NCBI GenBank assembly: GCA_963836415.1
Contig: CAWIJE010000004.1
Span: forward strand, 227,545-291,544
Reading direction: 5' to 3'
Length of the DNA: 64,000 bases
Source: an uncultured Solirubrobacterales bacterium
GTDB taxonomy: Bacteria > Actinomycetota > Thermoleophilia > Solirubrobacterales > 70-9
This document shows positions 63,954 to 64,000 of this stretch, piece by piece; within the stretch, counting starts at the first letter, position 1, and every line of letters starts with the position of its first letter. The notes beneath the pieces are model-generated. The model saw only the letters and a list, made by a program, of their open reading frames with translations, was not told the DNA's origin and searched no databases. Position numbers and translations under genes: made by a program.

Positions 63954-64000
63954 TTGCCCGCCCAGGCTACGCTGCGGGCATGCTCCGCCGTCCCTTCGCC

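Overview
This window is about 72% GC and looks like actinobacterial chromosome. The F420-dependent LLM oxidoreductase, the mycothiol-type formaldehyde dehydrogenase and the mfd / PPIase / eno / ftsB / ppx neighbourhood fit that, and the lineage may be Thermoleophilia-like, though I hold that loosely. About 65 protein genes and two tRNAs are packed densely.

The ends of the window are ordinary core genes:
- A partial korA at the left edge, then an enoyl-CoA hydratase.
- An acyl-CoA carboxyltransferase, Lon, enolase, Mfd and a Ppx/GppA phosphatase.
- Two tRNAs, an initiator tRNA-Met and a tRNA-Leu(UAA).

The region from about 16 to 40 kb looks like accessory DNA and holds most of the interest:
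- A Zur-controlled TroABCD-like zinc uptake operon with two permeases, one of them fused in frame to the substrate-binding lipoprotein.
- A divergent pair of large secreted surface proteins. One carries a roughly 200-bp (GAA)n tract that encodes a poly-Glu linker.
- A family-1 encapsulin nanocompartment locus with a ferritin-like cargo (EncFtn-type, SLGIGSLRG targeting peptide) next to an ATP-grasp gene.
- A class II UvrA paralogue beside a PucR-family regulator.
- A secreted protein with seven CxxxxC repeats, and an ECF sigma factor fused to its zf-HC2 anti-sigma domain.
- Smaller items: a bacterial type IB topoisomerase, an NhaA-DsbA fusion, a CHAD protein, duplicated DHFR-like and VOC genes with an ArsR regulator, and a DUF2975/XRE pair.

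Between about 16.3 and 36.3 kb, eight or more otherwise well-conserved genes are split across reading frames, several of them at short homopolymer runs. The secreted proteins, the aldehyde dehydrogenase, EncFtn, the encapsulin shell, the KNAVK-repeat protein and the PucR regulator are all affected. The long core genes (mfd, uvrA-like, lon, nhaA, MFS) are intact. That points to indel errors in a draft or long-read assembly rather than old pseudogenes, but the sequence alone cannot settle it. No CRISPR array, IS element or prophage gene was seen.
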